Below, piece by piece: positions 41,750 to 55,574 of a stretch of 64,000 nucleotides of DNA (position 1 is the stretch's first letter; every line of letters begins with the position of its first letter). The stretch spans positions 960,001-1,024,000 of the forward strand of contig OZ245033.1 in assembly GCA_965224025.1 (NCBI GenBank), written 5' to 3'. The position numbers and the translations under genes are program-made. This stretch comes from Candidatus Multivorans sp. Lineage in GTDB: Bacteria > Acidobacteriota > Thermoanaerobaculia > Multivoradales > Multivoraceae. The notes under the pieces were generated by a model. The model had not been told where the DNA came from and did no database searches. It worked only from the letters and a program-made list of their open reading frames with translations.

Positions 41750-42662
41750 GCCGCCCGAGACCACCGAGCGCCCGGCAGCCCGCGCGGCGCTCGTCGAGCG
41801 GGACGCCGGCGACGTGCGGAGCGACCGGGTGGCGATCGAAGAGCCGCTGGAGATCCGCGTCGACGGCGAGGCTCTCGTGGTCACCATGCGCAGTCCGGGC
41901 GACGACGCGGAACTGACCCTGGGATACCTCCATGCCGAGGGCTGGATCGAAGAACTCGCCGATGTCGACGCGGTCACCGCCGGCAACGCGGCGCCTACCG
42001 GCGGGCAGCACGACGCTCACGCGGCCGCTGACTCGACCAGCGTCCCGGGTTCGATCGTCGATGTCCGGCTATCCGGCAAGGGGCGTAGACGCGCCCGCCT
42101 GCGGGCCGCCGCGAGCGAGCGCGAGCGGGCTTTCCGCGTCACCAGCGCCTGCGGCGTCTGCGGCAAGCCCTCGCTCGAAGACCTGTGGGTCCGCCTGCCG
42201 GCGATCCGGCCGCTGGCCCTCGAACCGGACCGCGAACGACGACTGGTGCAGGGCCTGCCCGCGGCGATGCAGGAACGCCAGACGCTGTTCAGCGACACGG
42301 GAGGCGTTCATGCGGCCGCCCTGTTCGATGTCGACGGCAGCCGCGCCGAGCTGTTGTGGCTCTTCGAGGACATCGGTCGTCACAACGCAGCCGACAAGGT
42401 CGTCGGGCAAGCGCTTCGATCCGGACGACTGCCCCTGGAATCCACCATGCTGGCTGTGAGCGGCCGCCTCGGCTTCGAGATCGTCCAGAAGGCGGCGGTC
42501 GCCGGCGTACCGCTGATTGCCGCCGTTGGAGCGCCGTCCAGCCTGGCGCTGGACATTGCCCACCTGGCGGGTATCCGCATCTACGCCTTCGTTGCCGGCG
42601 ACCGCAGCAACCTCTATCCCGCGGCGCCGGTCGAAGCGCGCCCGGTAACCGGCGCCGATTGA
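41739..42662 (+). CDS. fdhD: Formate dehydrogenase accessory sulfurtransferase FdhD
   Basis: EEPLEIRV, TMRSPG, SACGVCGK, TGGVHAAA, EDIGRHNAADKVVG and SGRLGFEIVQKA. Confidence 0.95.
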   Translation: MTARPPETTERPAARAALVERDAGDVRSDRVAIEEPLEIRVDGEALVVTMRSPGDDAELTLGYLHAEGWIEELADVDAVTAGNAAPTGGQHDAHAAADSTSVPGSIVDVRLSGKGRRRARLRAAASERERAFRVTSACGVCGKPSLEDLWVRLPAIRPLALEPDRERRLVQGLPAAMQERQTLFSDTGGVHAAALFDVDGSRAELLWLFEDIGRHNAADKVVGQALRSGRLPLESTMLAVSGRLGFEIVQKAAVAGVPLIAAVGAPSSLALDIAHLAGIRIYAFVAGDRSNLYPAAPVEARPVTGAD

Positions 42663-42741
42663 CGGTTCCGACTCGCGGGCATAGGTTGACCCCGCAAGAG
42701 GCTTGTCTACAGGGAGGGACAACGATGGCGAGGACCTCGAA

Positions 42742-44199
42742 ATGACGGCAGCGGCGACGGCTGGCGAAGTCGCAAATCAGCGCAAGGCTTCCGGCCTGAC
42801 GTTCTTCGACCATGTCAACGCCGCCTTCGACGAGGCGGCCAGGCTCACGGACCACGACCGCACGCTGCTGGAGCAGGTGAAGTGCGTGAACTCGGTCTAC
42901 CGCATGAGCTTCCCACTGCGGCGGGACGACGGGACGATCGAGGTCATCGACGCCTGGCGCGCGGAACACAGCCACCACCGCCTGCCGACCAAGGGCGGCA
43001 TCCGCTACGCGATGAACGTCAACGAAGACGAGGTCATGGCGCTGTCGGCGCTGATGACCTACAAGTGCGCCCTGGTCGACGTTCCCTTCGGAGGCGCCAA
43101 GGGCGGCGTCCGGATCAACCGCTACAAGTACTCCGCGGGCGAACTGGAGCGGCTGACCCGCCGGTACACCGCCGAACTTCAGCGCAAGTCCTTCATCGGC
43201 CCCGGCAAGGACGTGCCGGCGCCGGATTACGGCACCGGTGAGCAGGAGATGGCCTGGATTGCCGACACCTACGCCCAGATCGAGCACGGCGAGGTCAACG
43301 TCGCCGCCTGCGTCACCGGCAAGCCGGTCGAGCACGGCGGCATCCAGGGCCGCACCCAGGCCACCGGACTGGGCGTCTTCTTCGGCATCCGCGAGGCCTG
43401 TTCGTTCGAGGAAGACATGGCGAAGCTCGGGCTCGAACCCGGCGTCTCGGGCAAGCGGGTGGTGATCCAGGGGCTGGGCAACGTGGGCTACCACGCCGCC
43501 AAGTACCTGCAGGACGCGGGCGCTCGCCTGGTCGGTCTCGCCGAGTACGAGGGGGCGATCGCGTGTACGGACGGACTCAAGATCGACGAAGTGGTCGAAC
43601 ACCGACGCGAGACCGGGTCGATTCTCGACTTCCCCGGCGCGTCCAACATCGAGCCCAGCCGCAGGGCGCTGGAACTCGACTGCGACATCCTCATCCCGGC
43701 GGCGCTCGAGAACCAGATCACCAGGGAGAACATCGGGCGCCTCTCGTGCCGCATCCTGGCCGAAGCGGCGAATGGGCCGACGACCTCCTATGCGAGCACG
43801 GCCGCCGCCAAGCGCGGCATCCTGGTGGTTCCGGATGTCTACCTGAACGCCGGCGGCGTCACCGTGTCCTACTTCGAGTGGCTCAAGAACCTCTCCCACG
43901 TCCGTTTCGGGCGCATGCAGAAACGCTTCGAGGAGAGCGTACGCAAAGATCTGCTGCAAGCGATGAGTTCCGCCACCGGCGCCAGCTTCAGCCGCGATGA
44001 AATCAAGATCCTGGCCCGGGGCGCGGACGAGATCGACCTCGTGAACTCCGGCCTCGAAGAGACCATGGCGACCGCCTATCACCACATGCGCAGGTACCAG
44101 AAGAAGGCGGGACCCGGCGTCGACCTGCGCACCGCGGCGATGGCCCTCGCCATCGACAAGGTTGCCGCCTCCTACAGGACCGCGGGCATCTTCCCCTGA
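42742..44199 (+). CDS. gdhA: Glu/Leu/Phe/Val dehydrogenase (glutamate dehydrogenase)
   Basis: PTKGGIRY, MTYKCA, PFGGAKGG, DVPAPD, QGLGNVG and NAGGVTVSYFEW. Confidence 0.93.
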   Translation: MTAAATAGEVANQRKASGLTFFDHVNAAFDEAARLTDHDRTLLEQVKCVNSVYRMSFPLRRDDGTIEVIDAWRAEHSHHRLPTKGGIRYAMNVNEDEVMALSALMTYKCALVDVPFGGAKGGVRINRYKYSAGELERLTRRYTAELQRKSFIGPGKDVPAPDYGTGEQEMAWIADTYAQIEHGEVNVAACVTGKPVEHGGIQGRTQATGLGVFFGIREACSFEEDMAKLGLEPGVSGKRVVIQGLGNVGYHAAKYLQDAGARLVGLAEYEGAIACTDGLKIDEVVEHRRETGSILDFPGASNIEPSRRALELDCDILIPAALENQITRENIGRLSCRILAEAANGPTTSYASTAAAKRGILVVPDVYLNAGGVTVSYFEWLKNLSHVRFGRMQKRFEESVRKDLLQAMSSATGASFSRDEIKILARGADEIDLVNSGLEETMATAYHHMRRYQKKAGPGVDLRTAAMALAIDKVAASYRTAGIFP

Positions 44200-44220
44200 T
44201 CGCCACGGCGCCGACGCCTC

Positions 44221-45170
44221 TTGATCTCCGTACTCTTCATCGTGCTCGGCATCGCCGTGCTCTGGGCCGGCGGCGAGGTGCTGGTGCGCTCGGTGACCGG
44301 CTTGGCGGCCGTACTTCGAGTCAGCCCGACGGTGATCGGTCTGACGGTGGTTGCCTTCGGCACTTCGGCGCCGGAACTGGTGACGGCGATCAGCGCCGCG
44401 CTGCGCGATTCCCCAGGGTTGATCTACGGCAACGTCGTCGGATCGAACATCGCGAATGTCGGCCTCATCCTCGGTCTGTCGGTGCTGGTGGTGCCGCTCC
44501 ACAACCGCGACGACGCCAGCGAGCGACAGGCCGTTCGCCTGGTTCGCCGCGAGTTGCCCTTCATGCTCGCCACGTCGCTCCTCGTGCTGATCTTCGCCGC
44601 CATCGGACGCCTTGGGCGCTTCGAAGGCGCCGTGCTGCTCGCGCTGATGGCGTTCTTTCTCGTCGTTCTGGTGCGCACCGGCGATGTCGAGGCGGCGGAG
44701 CCGCGGGGCGTGAATCGACTCAGGGCCGTCCTTGGCACCCTCCTGGGACTGGCGTTTCTGATCGTGGGCGCCGACGAACTCCTCGTTCCGGCGGCACGGG
44801 AGCTGGCCAGCGCGGTCGGCGTGAGTGAGCTGGTCATCGGCCTGACCGTCGTCGCCTTCGGCACCAGTGTCCCGGAACTCGCTGCCTGCCTGGTGGCGGC
44901 ATACCGCAATCACCACGGCATCGTGCTGGGGAACATCATCGGCTCGAACGTGTTCAACATTCTGCTCGTGCTGCCCGCCGGCGCGATTCTCCGCCCCTTC
45001 ACCACAACTCTCGCCGCCGAAGGCCTGGACGCCTTCGTGATGCTCGTCTTCAGCCTGCTCCTGTTTCTCGCCATCTACATGCTGAGGCACGGGCGCGGCA
45101 TCGGTCGAACCTGGGGCATCCTGCTGCTGGCGGCCTACGGCCCCTACGTAGCCTGGCTCTTCACCAGACA

Positions 45171-45174
<4 letters not shown>
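44221..45174 (+). CDS. Calcium/sodium antiporter (YrbG/CaCA family)
   Basis: Two alpha repeats, [20 protein letters not shown] and [20 protein letters not shown]. Confidence 0.93.
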
Positions 45175-48089
<2,915 letters not shown>

Positions 48090-48313
48090 CGCGGACTCCT
48101 GGGACGCTACGCGTCTCTTCGCCGGCCGTGGCCCTCCACCGTTTCGCCGTTCCGGCGCCGCAAGGCGATCTCGAACAGGGAGTAGTACTGGACCGCCTGC
48201 TGGATGCCGCAGGCCATCTCCATCTCGTGCCGGGTCCAGCGAGTGTCGCCCGTCCCATCACGGACTTGAAGCGAAAGTGCTAGAAACAGGTGACTTCAGT
48301 TTAGGGTGATCTT

Positions 48314-51300
48314 GTGCTGGCCGTCTGCCTGTTCGTCGTGACGGCGGTTCTATTCGCCGCCGCGGCCCCAGCCGACGACCTGTTCCTGCCTGTGGACCCG
48401 GTGGCGGACGAAGCCGCCCGGATCCGCTTGCAAGCCGCGGTTTCGCCGGCCGTCGAGACCGAAGGCCCGACGCTTCGCAGCCGGCGGGCGCGGATGGACT
48501 TCGGCCTGCTGGCCGGCGCGCGGGCGGCCCTTGAACAGGGCGGAACCGCCGCGGGTCTGATCGACCTGAACCTGTTCGACGACGCCGGGTTCCGGGGCGT
48601 CGATCTGCGCACCGCGCCGACTTCGTCCGGCTACTCCCTGCAGGGGCGGCTAGACGGCGTGCCGGCGGGCACCGTGACCCTGGTGGTCAACGGCGACGTC
48701 GTCGACGGCACCGTGCGCGCCGGCGGCGACACCTACACCATCCGTTCAACGGTCGGCGGCGCCGTCGAGATCCGGCAGGCGGACTCGTCGGCGCTGCCCG
48801 AGTGCGGCGGTGCGCTGGAGGCGCCGTCTCCGCCCGGCGTCGATGCCGCGGCCGCCGCGGCGCCGGTCGCGGATCTCCCGTTTGCCGTGTCGCCCGCCAG
48901 CGATGGCTCGGAGGTCGACGTCCTGGTCGTCTACACGACGGCCGCGAAGGATGCGGTCGGCGGCGAAAGGAACATCGAGACACAGATCGATCGCTGGTTC
49001 ACCGAGGTGAACGGCTACTTCACGAACAGCGGAGTCGACTTGCAGATCCGCCTGGCGCACGTAGAGGAACTAGACTACGAGGAGACCTCGTCGTCCTACG
49101 AACTGCGTCCGCTCACCACACGGGGCGACGGAATCCTGGACCGCGTCCATGCGCTGCGCGATGCGGTCGGCGCGGACCTCGTCCACATCGTCGAACGGTG
49201 GGGTGTCTGGGGAACCACGAACTACTGCGGCATTGGCTGGTTGATGACGGACGTGGGGCCGTCGTTCGAGTACTACGGCTTCGGCGCCACGGCCGTCGGT
49301 TGCAGCGGTGCGACGTTTGCGCACGAACTCGGCCACAACATGGGCCTTCGCCACGACCGCTACCAGGAAACCGTCGCCGGGCTCTCGAGTCTGGACAACC
49401 TGCCCTATCCCTACGCCTACGGTTACGTGAACCAGGCGGCGTTCGAGTCCACGGCGGCGCGGCCTACGGCGTGGCGGACGATCATGTCCTACCGGAGCCG
49501 GTGCTCCCACGCGGGCATCGCGAATTGCCCTTATCTGGGCCGCTACTCGAATCCCGATCAGTCGTACCAGGACGATCCGCTCGGCGTGGCGGGTACTCAG
49601 AGTTCTCAGGCCGTGACCGGTCCGTCCGCGACTGCCACGGCCCTGAACAACACCCGTACGACCGTGGCGGCCTTCCGGTCCGGGGGAACGAGTCCGGTCG
49701 TGGCGTCGCTCAGGCGGCGGCGCCCGGCAGGGGAGAGGGCAAGAGCGAGTTCCCTGCTCTGGCGGCTGGCTTTTGGCCGGGACGTGAAGAACGTGACCAG
49801 CGCCGATTTCGAACTCACCGGCCCGGCTTCGCCGACGATCACCGTGACGCCCAAGGCCGGCAGTCGGCGGATCTACGACATCGAAGTAACGGCGGGGGTG
49901 GCCGGCTTCAGCGGCGACGCGACCCTCGGTTTCGCCTCGAATCAGGACATCCTCGACATGACCGACGTGGCTCTGGACGCGGCGTGGCCCGTCGCGGCAC
50001 AGCGGACTTTCACGCTGGACCACACGGCGCCCGCGCCAACCGTCGCGCCGGCGAAGGCCAGCGGCTCGCCGTTCGCGGCGACGATCCGGTTCCCGGAGGA
50101 CGTGGAGGACTTCAACGACGCCGGCGACGTGTCGGCGACGAACGCGACCGTCGTCGCGCCGGTGCGTGCCGACGCTCGCACCTACATCGTCCAAGTCACG
50201 CCGACCGTGTCGAACGCGGCGACGATCGTGCTGACCGCGCGGGCGAACGCGGCCGCGGACACGGTGGGCAACCGCAGCGTCAGCGCGGTGCAGAACATCG
50301 GCTGGGACCCGTCGACGACCACCACGCTGACAGTCGGAGGGTTCTCGAACGGCACGGTGGCCGAGAACGCAGAGTGGACGTCTGCGACGCCGACTGTGAC
50401 CGGAAGTCCGGTAGGGTCGTTGACCTGGACCCGGGAGGGCGCCGACGCCGCTCACTTCGAGATCGATCCGAGCACCGGTGTGCTCGGGTTGCCCGGCCGC
50501 GACTTCGAGAAGCCGGCGGACACGGGCGGCGACAACCGGTACGAGGTGACCGCGAGGGCCACCGACACGGAAGGCAACTCCGCCACCGCCGACATCGCGG
50601 TCACCGTCTCCGATGCCGTTGAGAGTAGATCGCTACGCATCCAATCCGCCAGGAGCCGCAAGGTTCCGGAGGGGATCGGCTACTACTCCAGACCGTACGT
50701 ATGTACGGATCCATGCCCGATTGGCGAGGGCCCGGTCGGCGAAGTGACCTGGAACGTGACGGGCGCCGATGCGGCCCTGTTCACGCACTCTCGACTGGGC
50801 TACCTGTTCCCCTCGCCGCCCTGGGCGGCCAGTGAGCTGTCGCTCGGAGCGAAGGACTTCGAGCAACCGGTCGACGAAGACGGGGACCATGACTACGAGG
50901 TAGCGCTGACCGCCACCGATGCCGACGGCAACACCGTCTCCGCCAATGTGACGGTGAGAGTCATCGACGGCGCCCGCCGACCGCTGGCGATTACGGGTCT
51001 TGTGAGCGGAAACGTGAACGAGAACCGTGCGTGGCGTTCCGGGAGGCCGTCGGTGGAGGGCCGCCCGATTGGCGATCTCGTCTGGTCGAAGGAGGGGGCC
51101 GACGCGGACCGTTTCTCGATCGATCCGGCTTCGGGGGTGCTGACCATGGCGGCCAGGGACTACGAGCGTCCGGTGGACAACGGTGGGGACAACCGGTACG
51201 ACGTGACCGCGCGGGTGAGCGACGAGGAGAGCAACTCCGCGGTCGTGGAGGTCGAGGTGACCGTCGTCGATGTGACGGATCCGCCTCCGGCGCCGACCAT

Positions 51301-53884
51301 CGACTCCGTGACCGGGGGCCAAAGAGAGCTCGCGGTGGCCTGGACCGCGCCTGCCGGCGTAACCGGCATCACGTTCTTCGACCTGCGCTACATCCGGAGT
51401 TCGGCGTCCGACAAGTCGGACGGTCGCTGGACGACGCGGAGCAGCATCTGGACCGCGGGCAGCCTGGAGTACACCCTGACCGGCGTCCTGGACGGGACGA
51501 AGTACGACGTTCAGGTTCGGGGAAGAAACAGCGCCGGCGGCGGCGAGTGGTCGGAGCCGGTGATTGGCGAGACGCTGCCGAACCGCTCGCCCGAGGCGGT
51601 GGGCACGCTGGAGGAAAGGTCGTTGCGGGTGGGCGAAGGGGCGGTTGCGGTCGACGTTTCGGCCGCGTTCCAGGATCCGGACGGTGATTCGCTGACCTTT
51701 GAGGCAACGTCCTCGGATCTTTCCGTGGCGCGGGCCATGGTTTCGGGCTCGTCGGTGAGGGTGGCGCCGGTGGCGGCCGGCGAATCGACGATCGAGGTCA
51801 CGGCGACGGATGTTTCCGGCTCCAACACGCCGGCGACCCAGGAATTCCAGGCGACGGTGGCGGGCGAACGCGGGGTCGACGTGGACCCGGTTTCGCTCCA
51901 GGTCACCGAAGGGACGACCGGCTCCTACGGCGTGGTGCTGGCGGCCGAGCCGTCGGATTCGGTGACGGTGACGGCGTCGATTCAGGGCGTCACGGACGTG
52001 TCCGTGAGTCCGTCGGTGTTGACCTTCGCGACGACGGACTGGGACGCGCCGCAGACGGTGACAGTGGAGGCGGCGGAGGACGCGGACGCGGTGTCGGACG
52101 CCGCGGTGACGATCCGCCACGCGGTGAGCGGCGGTGACTACGGTTCCGTACGGGCAGCCTCGGTGGAGGTGACGATCCTCGAGAACGACGCATCGGCGGT
52201 ATCGACGCTGGACCGTTCAGGGCCTGAGAGCGGCGGCGCGGTTGTGTTCGAGGTCACGATCAGCTACGCGGGCACGTCGGACGTGCTGGTGGACTACGCG
52301 ACCTCGAACGGCACGGCGCTGGCGGGTTCGGACTACACCGCGACGTCGGGCACGCTGACCTTCCCGCAGGGCTCGACGTCTTCGCAGGAGATCCGGGTGC
52401 CGGTCACGGACGACGAAGTAGACGAGGCCGAGGACGAGGCCTTCACGCTGACGCTGAGCAATGTGCGGAACGGCCTGCTGGCGGGCGGCGGTCCGACGCT
52501 GCGGGTGACCGGGACGATTCGCGACGATGACGATCCGTATGTCGTCGTGTCGTTCGGGCGTTCGAGCTACGACGCCGAGGAGGGCGATTCGGTCCGCGTC
52601 GAGGCGCGTCTCGACAAGGACCCGGAACGGACGATTGCGGTGCCTCTGGAGACGACGCACCACGGCGGTGCGAGCTTCGACGACTACTCTGGCGTGCCGT
52701 TCGAGGTCGCGTTCTCTTCCGATCAAAGGACGGCGGAGTTCCACTTCTCGGCGACGGACGACAGCGACGAGGACGACGGCGAGGCTGTCGTGGTGCGGTT
52801 CGGTTCGCTGCCGTCGCGGGTGGCCGCCGGCGGCGTCGACGAGACGACCCTGGCGATCCAGGACAACGACGGCGCCCTGCCGCCGCCACCGCCGCCGCCG
52901 CCGCCGGACGAGGATCCGGAAGTGGAGGCTTCGTTCGGTTCCTCGCGCTACGAGGTTCTGGAAGGGCGGACGGTTCAGGTGTCGGTTCGCCTGAGCGCGG
53001 ATCCGGAGCGGGAGGTGTCGATTCCGTTGGTTCGGCGCCACCGCGGCGGAGCGTCGGAAGCGGACTACTCGGGCGTGCCTGCGAGCATCACGTTCAGCAG
53101 CGGCGTGACGACCCGGACGTTCGACTTCGCGGCCGCGGACGACAGCGAGGAGGACCTCGGCGAATCGGTGGCTCTTGGTTTCGGCGATCTACCGTGGGGT
53201 GTAAACGGCGGCGCCGGGACGACCGTGTCGATCGAGGACGACGACACGCCTCCGATGGCCGTGATCGAAGTCAGTGGCGTGGAGTGCGACCGGGAGCCTT
53301 GCCGCGCTCTTACCGGCGAACCGGTGCAGTTCGCGGACATGAGTACGGGTCCCGCCGCGGCGCGGCGATGGGAGTTCGGCGAAGGCACGGAGTCGAGTCT
53401 GCGCAGGTTGTCGCACAGTTGGCCTCAGCCGGGTTTCTACGAAGTCACGCTGTGGGTGAGCGACGGCACGCGTGAATCGACGTCGTCGCATGTGTTCCTG
53501 GTCGAGTCGAGTTCTCCCGCGGGTACGTGCGAGTCGAGCGCCACGAGGCGTTGCCTGCAGGATTCGCGTTACGCGGTGGTTGTGGACTGGTGGAAGCCGG
53601 ACGGCGACAGCGGCGCGGGGAGCGTGGTCCACGCGGGGACGAACGATTCGGGTCTGTTCACCTTCTTCAGCCGGGAGAACTGGGAAGTCCTGATCAAGGT
53701 GCTGGACGGCTGCGCGCTGAACGGTCACGTGTGGGTGTACGGCGCGTCGACGACGGACCTGGGCTACTCGATCCGGGTGACCGACACGGCGACGGGAGCG
53801 GTGAATGAGTACCGGAACGAGCCGGGCCGGCCGGCGCCGGCCATCGCGGACGCGACGGCGTTTGCCGCGGTCTGCGAACCCTAG
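48314..53884 (+). CDS. Secreted M12/reprolysin metalloprotease-adhesin (Ig-like, cadherin, FN3, Calx-beta, PKD modules)
   Basis: HELGHNMGLRHD plus Met-turn TIMSY; three DFE..D...DNxY cadherin repeats; FN3 (YDVQVRGRN); Calx-beta (TALAGSDY); poly-Pro linker; PKD; C-terminal WEVLIKVLDGC domain. Confidence 0.88.
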   Translation: MLAVCLFVVTAVLFAAAAPADDLFLPVDPVADEAARIRLQAAVSPAVETEGPTLRSRRARMDFGLLAGARAALEQGGTAAGLIDLNLFDDAGFRGVDLRTAPTSSGYSLQGRLDGVPAGTVTLVVNGDVVDGTVRAGGDTYTIRSTVGGAVEIRQADSSALPECGGALEAPSPPGVDAAAAAAPVADLPFAVSPASDGSEVDVLVVYTTAAKDAVGGERNIETQIDRWFTEVNGYFTNSGVDLQIRLAHVEELDYEETSSSYELRPLTTRGDGILDRVHALRDAVGADLVHIVERWGVWGTTNYCGIGWLMTDVGPSFEYYGFGATAVGCSGATFAHELGHNMGLRHDRYQETVAGLSSLDNLPYPYAYGYVNQAAFESTAARPTAWRTIMSYRSRCSHAGIANCPYLGRYSNPDQSYQDDPLGVAGTQSSQAVTGPSATATALNNTRTTVAAFRSGGTSPVVASLRRRRPAGERARASSLLWRLAFGRDVKNVTSADFELTGPASPTITVTPKAGSRRIYDIEVTAGVAGFSGDATLGFASNQDILDMTDVALDAAWPVAAQRTFTLDHTAPAPTVAPAKASGSPFAATIRFPEDVEDFNDAGDVSATNATVVAPVRADARTYIVQVTPTVSNAATIVLTARANAAADTVGNRSVSAVQNIGWDPSTTTTLTVGGFSNGTVAENAEWTSATPTVTGSPVGSLTWTREGADAAHFEIDPSTGVLGLPGRDFEKPADTGGDNRYEVTARATDTEGNSATADIAVTVSDAVESRSLRIQSARSRKVPEGIGYYSRPYVCTDPCPIGEGPVGEVTWNVTGADAALFTHSRLGYLFPSPPWAASELSLGAKDFEQPVDEDGDHDYEVALTATDADGNTVSANVTVRVIDGARRPLAITGLVSGNVNENRAWRSGRPSVEGRPIGDLVWSKEGADADRFSIDPASGVLTMAARDYERPVDNGGDNRYDVTARVSDEESNSAVVEVEVTVVDVTDPPPAPTIDSVTGGQRELAVAWTAPAGVTGITFFDLRYIRSSASDKSDGRWTTRSSIWTAGSLEYTLTGVLDGTKYDVQVRGRNSAGGGEWSEPVIGETLPNRSPEAVGTLEERSLRVGEGAVAVDVSAAFQDPDGDSLTFEATSSDLSVARAMVSGSSVRVAPVAAGESTIEVTATDVSGSNTPATQEFQATVAGERGVDVDPVSLQVTEGTTGSYGVVLAAEPSDSVTVTASIQGVTDVSVSPSVLTFATTDWDAPQTVTVEAAEDADAVSDAAVTIRHAVSGGDYGSVRAASVEVTILENDASAVSTLDRSGPESGGAVVFEVTISYAGTSDVLVDYATSNGTALAGSDYTATSGTLTFPQGSTSSQEIRVPVTDDEVDEAEDEAFTLTLSNVRNGLLAGGGPTLRVTGTIRDDDDPYVVVSFGRSSYDAEEGDSVRVEARLDKDPERTIAVPLETTHHGGASFDDYSGVPFEVAFSSDQRTAEFHFSATDDSDEDDGEAVVVRFGSLPSRVAAGGVDETTLAIQDNDGALPPPPPPPPPDEDPEVEASFGSSRYEVLEGRTVQVSVRLSADPEREVSIPLVRRHRGGASEADYSGVPASITFSSGVTTRTFDFAAADDSEEDLGESVALGFGDLPWGVNGGAGTTVSIEDDDTPPMAVIEVSGVECDREPCRALTGEPVQFADMSTGPAAARRWEFGEGTESSLRRLSHSWPQPGFYEVTLWVSDGTRESTSSHVFLVESSSPAGTCESSATRRCLQDSRYAVVVDWWKPDGDSGAGSVVHAGTNDSGLFTFFSRENWEVLIKVLDGCALNGHVWVYGASTTDLGYSIRVTDTATGAVNEYRNEPGRPAPAIADATAFAAVCEP

Positions 53885-53993
53885 GTTCGACGCAGCACGC
53901 CTCGCCCGCCTCGTCGCTGCACGGGCACCGACCTCGCCGGCGCTTCGAACATCGGCTCATGGCAACCGTCCAGCAGCAACAACCAGAACCAGC

Positions 53994-55559
53994 TCAGCTC
54001 GTCAGGCCGTACTCGATCGCGTCGGACAGCGCTTCCCAGCTTGCTTCGATGACGTTGGTCCCCGCTCCGACCGTGGTCCACCGGTCGCCGCCGGCCACGA
54101 AGTCCACAAGCACCCGGGTGATGGCGGCCGTACCGTGGGCGCTGTCCAGAATGCGGACCTTGTAGTCGGCCAGCCGCATTTCGGCCAGTTGCGGGTAGTG
54201 CGGCTCCAGGGCCTTGCGCAGGGCGTGGGCCAGGGCGTTGACGGGGCCGTTGCCCTCGGAGGCGGTATGGGCGATCGTGCCGCCCGGCACTTCGACCTTG
54301 ACCGTCGCCTCGGCAACCAGGCCGCGGCCGTCGCGGTGTTCCACCACGGTCAGGAAGTCGATCAACCGGAACGGCGACTCGTATCCGGGCGCCGCGCGGC
54401 GCAGCATGAGTTCGACGGAGGCTTGGGCCGCCTCGAAACTGTAGCCGTGGTTCTCGAGTTCCTTGACCTTGTGCAGCACCTCGCGTGCATACGGCGTATC
54501 GGCGCCGGCGCCGGCGCTCTCCGCCAGGTGGACGATGTTGCCCCGCCCCGAGAGTTCGGAGACCACGGTGCGCATCTCGTTGCCGACGACCTCCGGCGCC
54601 AGGTGCTGGTAGCTGGTCGGCTCCTTGAGCATCGCCGCGACGTGGATGCCGCCCTTGTGGGCGAAGGCGCTCCGGCCCACGTAGGGCAGGTGCTCGTCAT
54701 GGGCGATGTTGGCGACCTCGGCGACGTAGCGCGACAGCGCGGTCAACTCGCGCAGACTCTCGTCGGGAACGCAGGAGAATCCCATCTTGCACTGCAGGTC
54801 CGGCACGATGGTGACCAGGTTCGCGTTCGCCACCCGCTCCCCGTAACCGTTGATCGTGCCCTGCACCATGACCGCACCGGCTCGCACCGCCGCAAGCGAG
54901 TTGGCGACGCCGCAGCCGCCGTCGTCGTGGGTATGGATGCCGATCCGGACGTCCGGTCCGAGTTCGCCCCGCGCCGCGTCGACACCCGCCTTGATCTGCC
55001 ACGGCAGGGCGCCGCCGTTCGTGTCGCAGAGAACGACGTAGTCGGCGCCCGCCGCGGCCGCCGCGCGCAGCGTGCCGAGGGCGCACTCCGGGTTTCCGGC
55101 CAGGCCATCGAAGAAGTGCTCGGCGTCGTAGATCACCTCGCGGCCGAGGTCCTTGAGGTAGCCGACGGTGTCGCCGATCATCGCCTCGTTCTCTTCGGCG
55201 TTCGTCTCGAGGACCTTCTCGATGTGCAGATCCCAGCTCTTGCCGACCAGAGCGACGGTGGGCGTCTCCGCCGCGACCAGCGCTTGGACGTTGCCGTCGT
55301 GAGAGCAGGCGCTGTGCTTCCGGCGCGTGGCCCCGAAGGCACAGATCCTTGCCTGCTCCAACTCAACGTCGCGGATGGCCTCGAAGAAATCGGCGTCCTT
55401 CGGGTTCGAGCCGGGCCAGCCGCATTCGATGTAGGGGATGCCGAAAGCATCGAGGCGCCGGGCGATCGCCACCTTGTCGGCCAGAGACAGCGAGATGTTC
55501 TCGCGCTGCGTGCCGTCGCGCAGCGTCGTGTCGTAGAGCTCGATCCGGGAAGTCGTCAA
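53994..55559 (-). CDS. cimA: Citramalate synthase
   Basis: YDTTLRDGTQ, GWPGSNPKD, VGKSWDLH, DAEHFFDG, AFAHKGGIH and SEGNGPVNAL. Confidence 0.93.
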   Translation of the reverse strand: MTTSRIELYDTTLRDGTQRENISLSLADKVAIARRLDAFGIPYIECGWPGSNPKDADFFEAIRDVELEQARICAFGATRRKHSACSHDGNVQALVAAETPTVALVGKSWDLHIEKVLETNAEENEAMIGDTVGYLKDLGREVIYDAEHFFDGLAGNPECALGTLRAAAAAGADYVVLCDTNGGALPWQIKAGVDAARGELGPDVRIGIHTHDDGGCGVANSLAAVRAGAVMVQGTINGYGERVANANLVTIVPDLQCKMGFSCVPDESLRELTALSRYVAEVANIAHDEHLPYVGRSAFAHKGGIHVAAMLKEPTSYQHLAPEVVGNEMRTVVSELSGRGNIVHLAESAGAGADTPYAREVLHKVKELENHGYSFEAAQASVELMLRRAAPGYESPFRLIDFLTVVEHRDGRGLVAEATVKVEVPGGTIAHTASEGNGPVNALAHALRKALEPHYPQLAEMRLADYKVRILDSAHGTAAITRVLVDFVAGGDRWTTVGAGTNVIEASWEALSDAIEYGLTS

Positions 55560-55574
55560 GGCGCCATCCTCACA

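Noticed and set aside
52878-52906. (CCG)n tract as a contingency repeat
   Set aside because: It encodes an in-frame poly-proline linker; a triplet unit would not phase-vary the frame.
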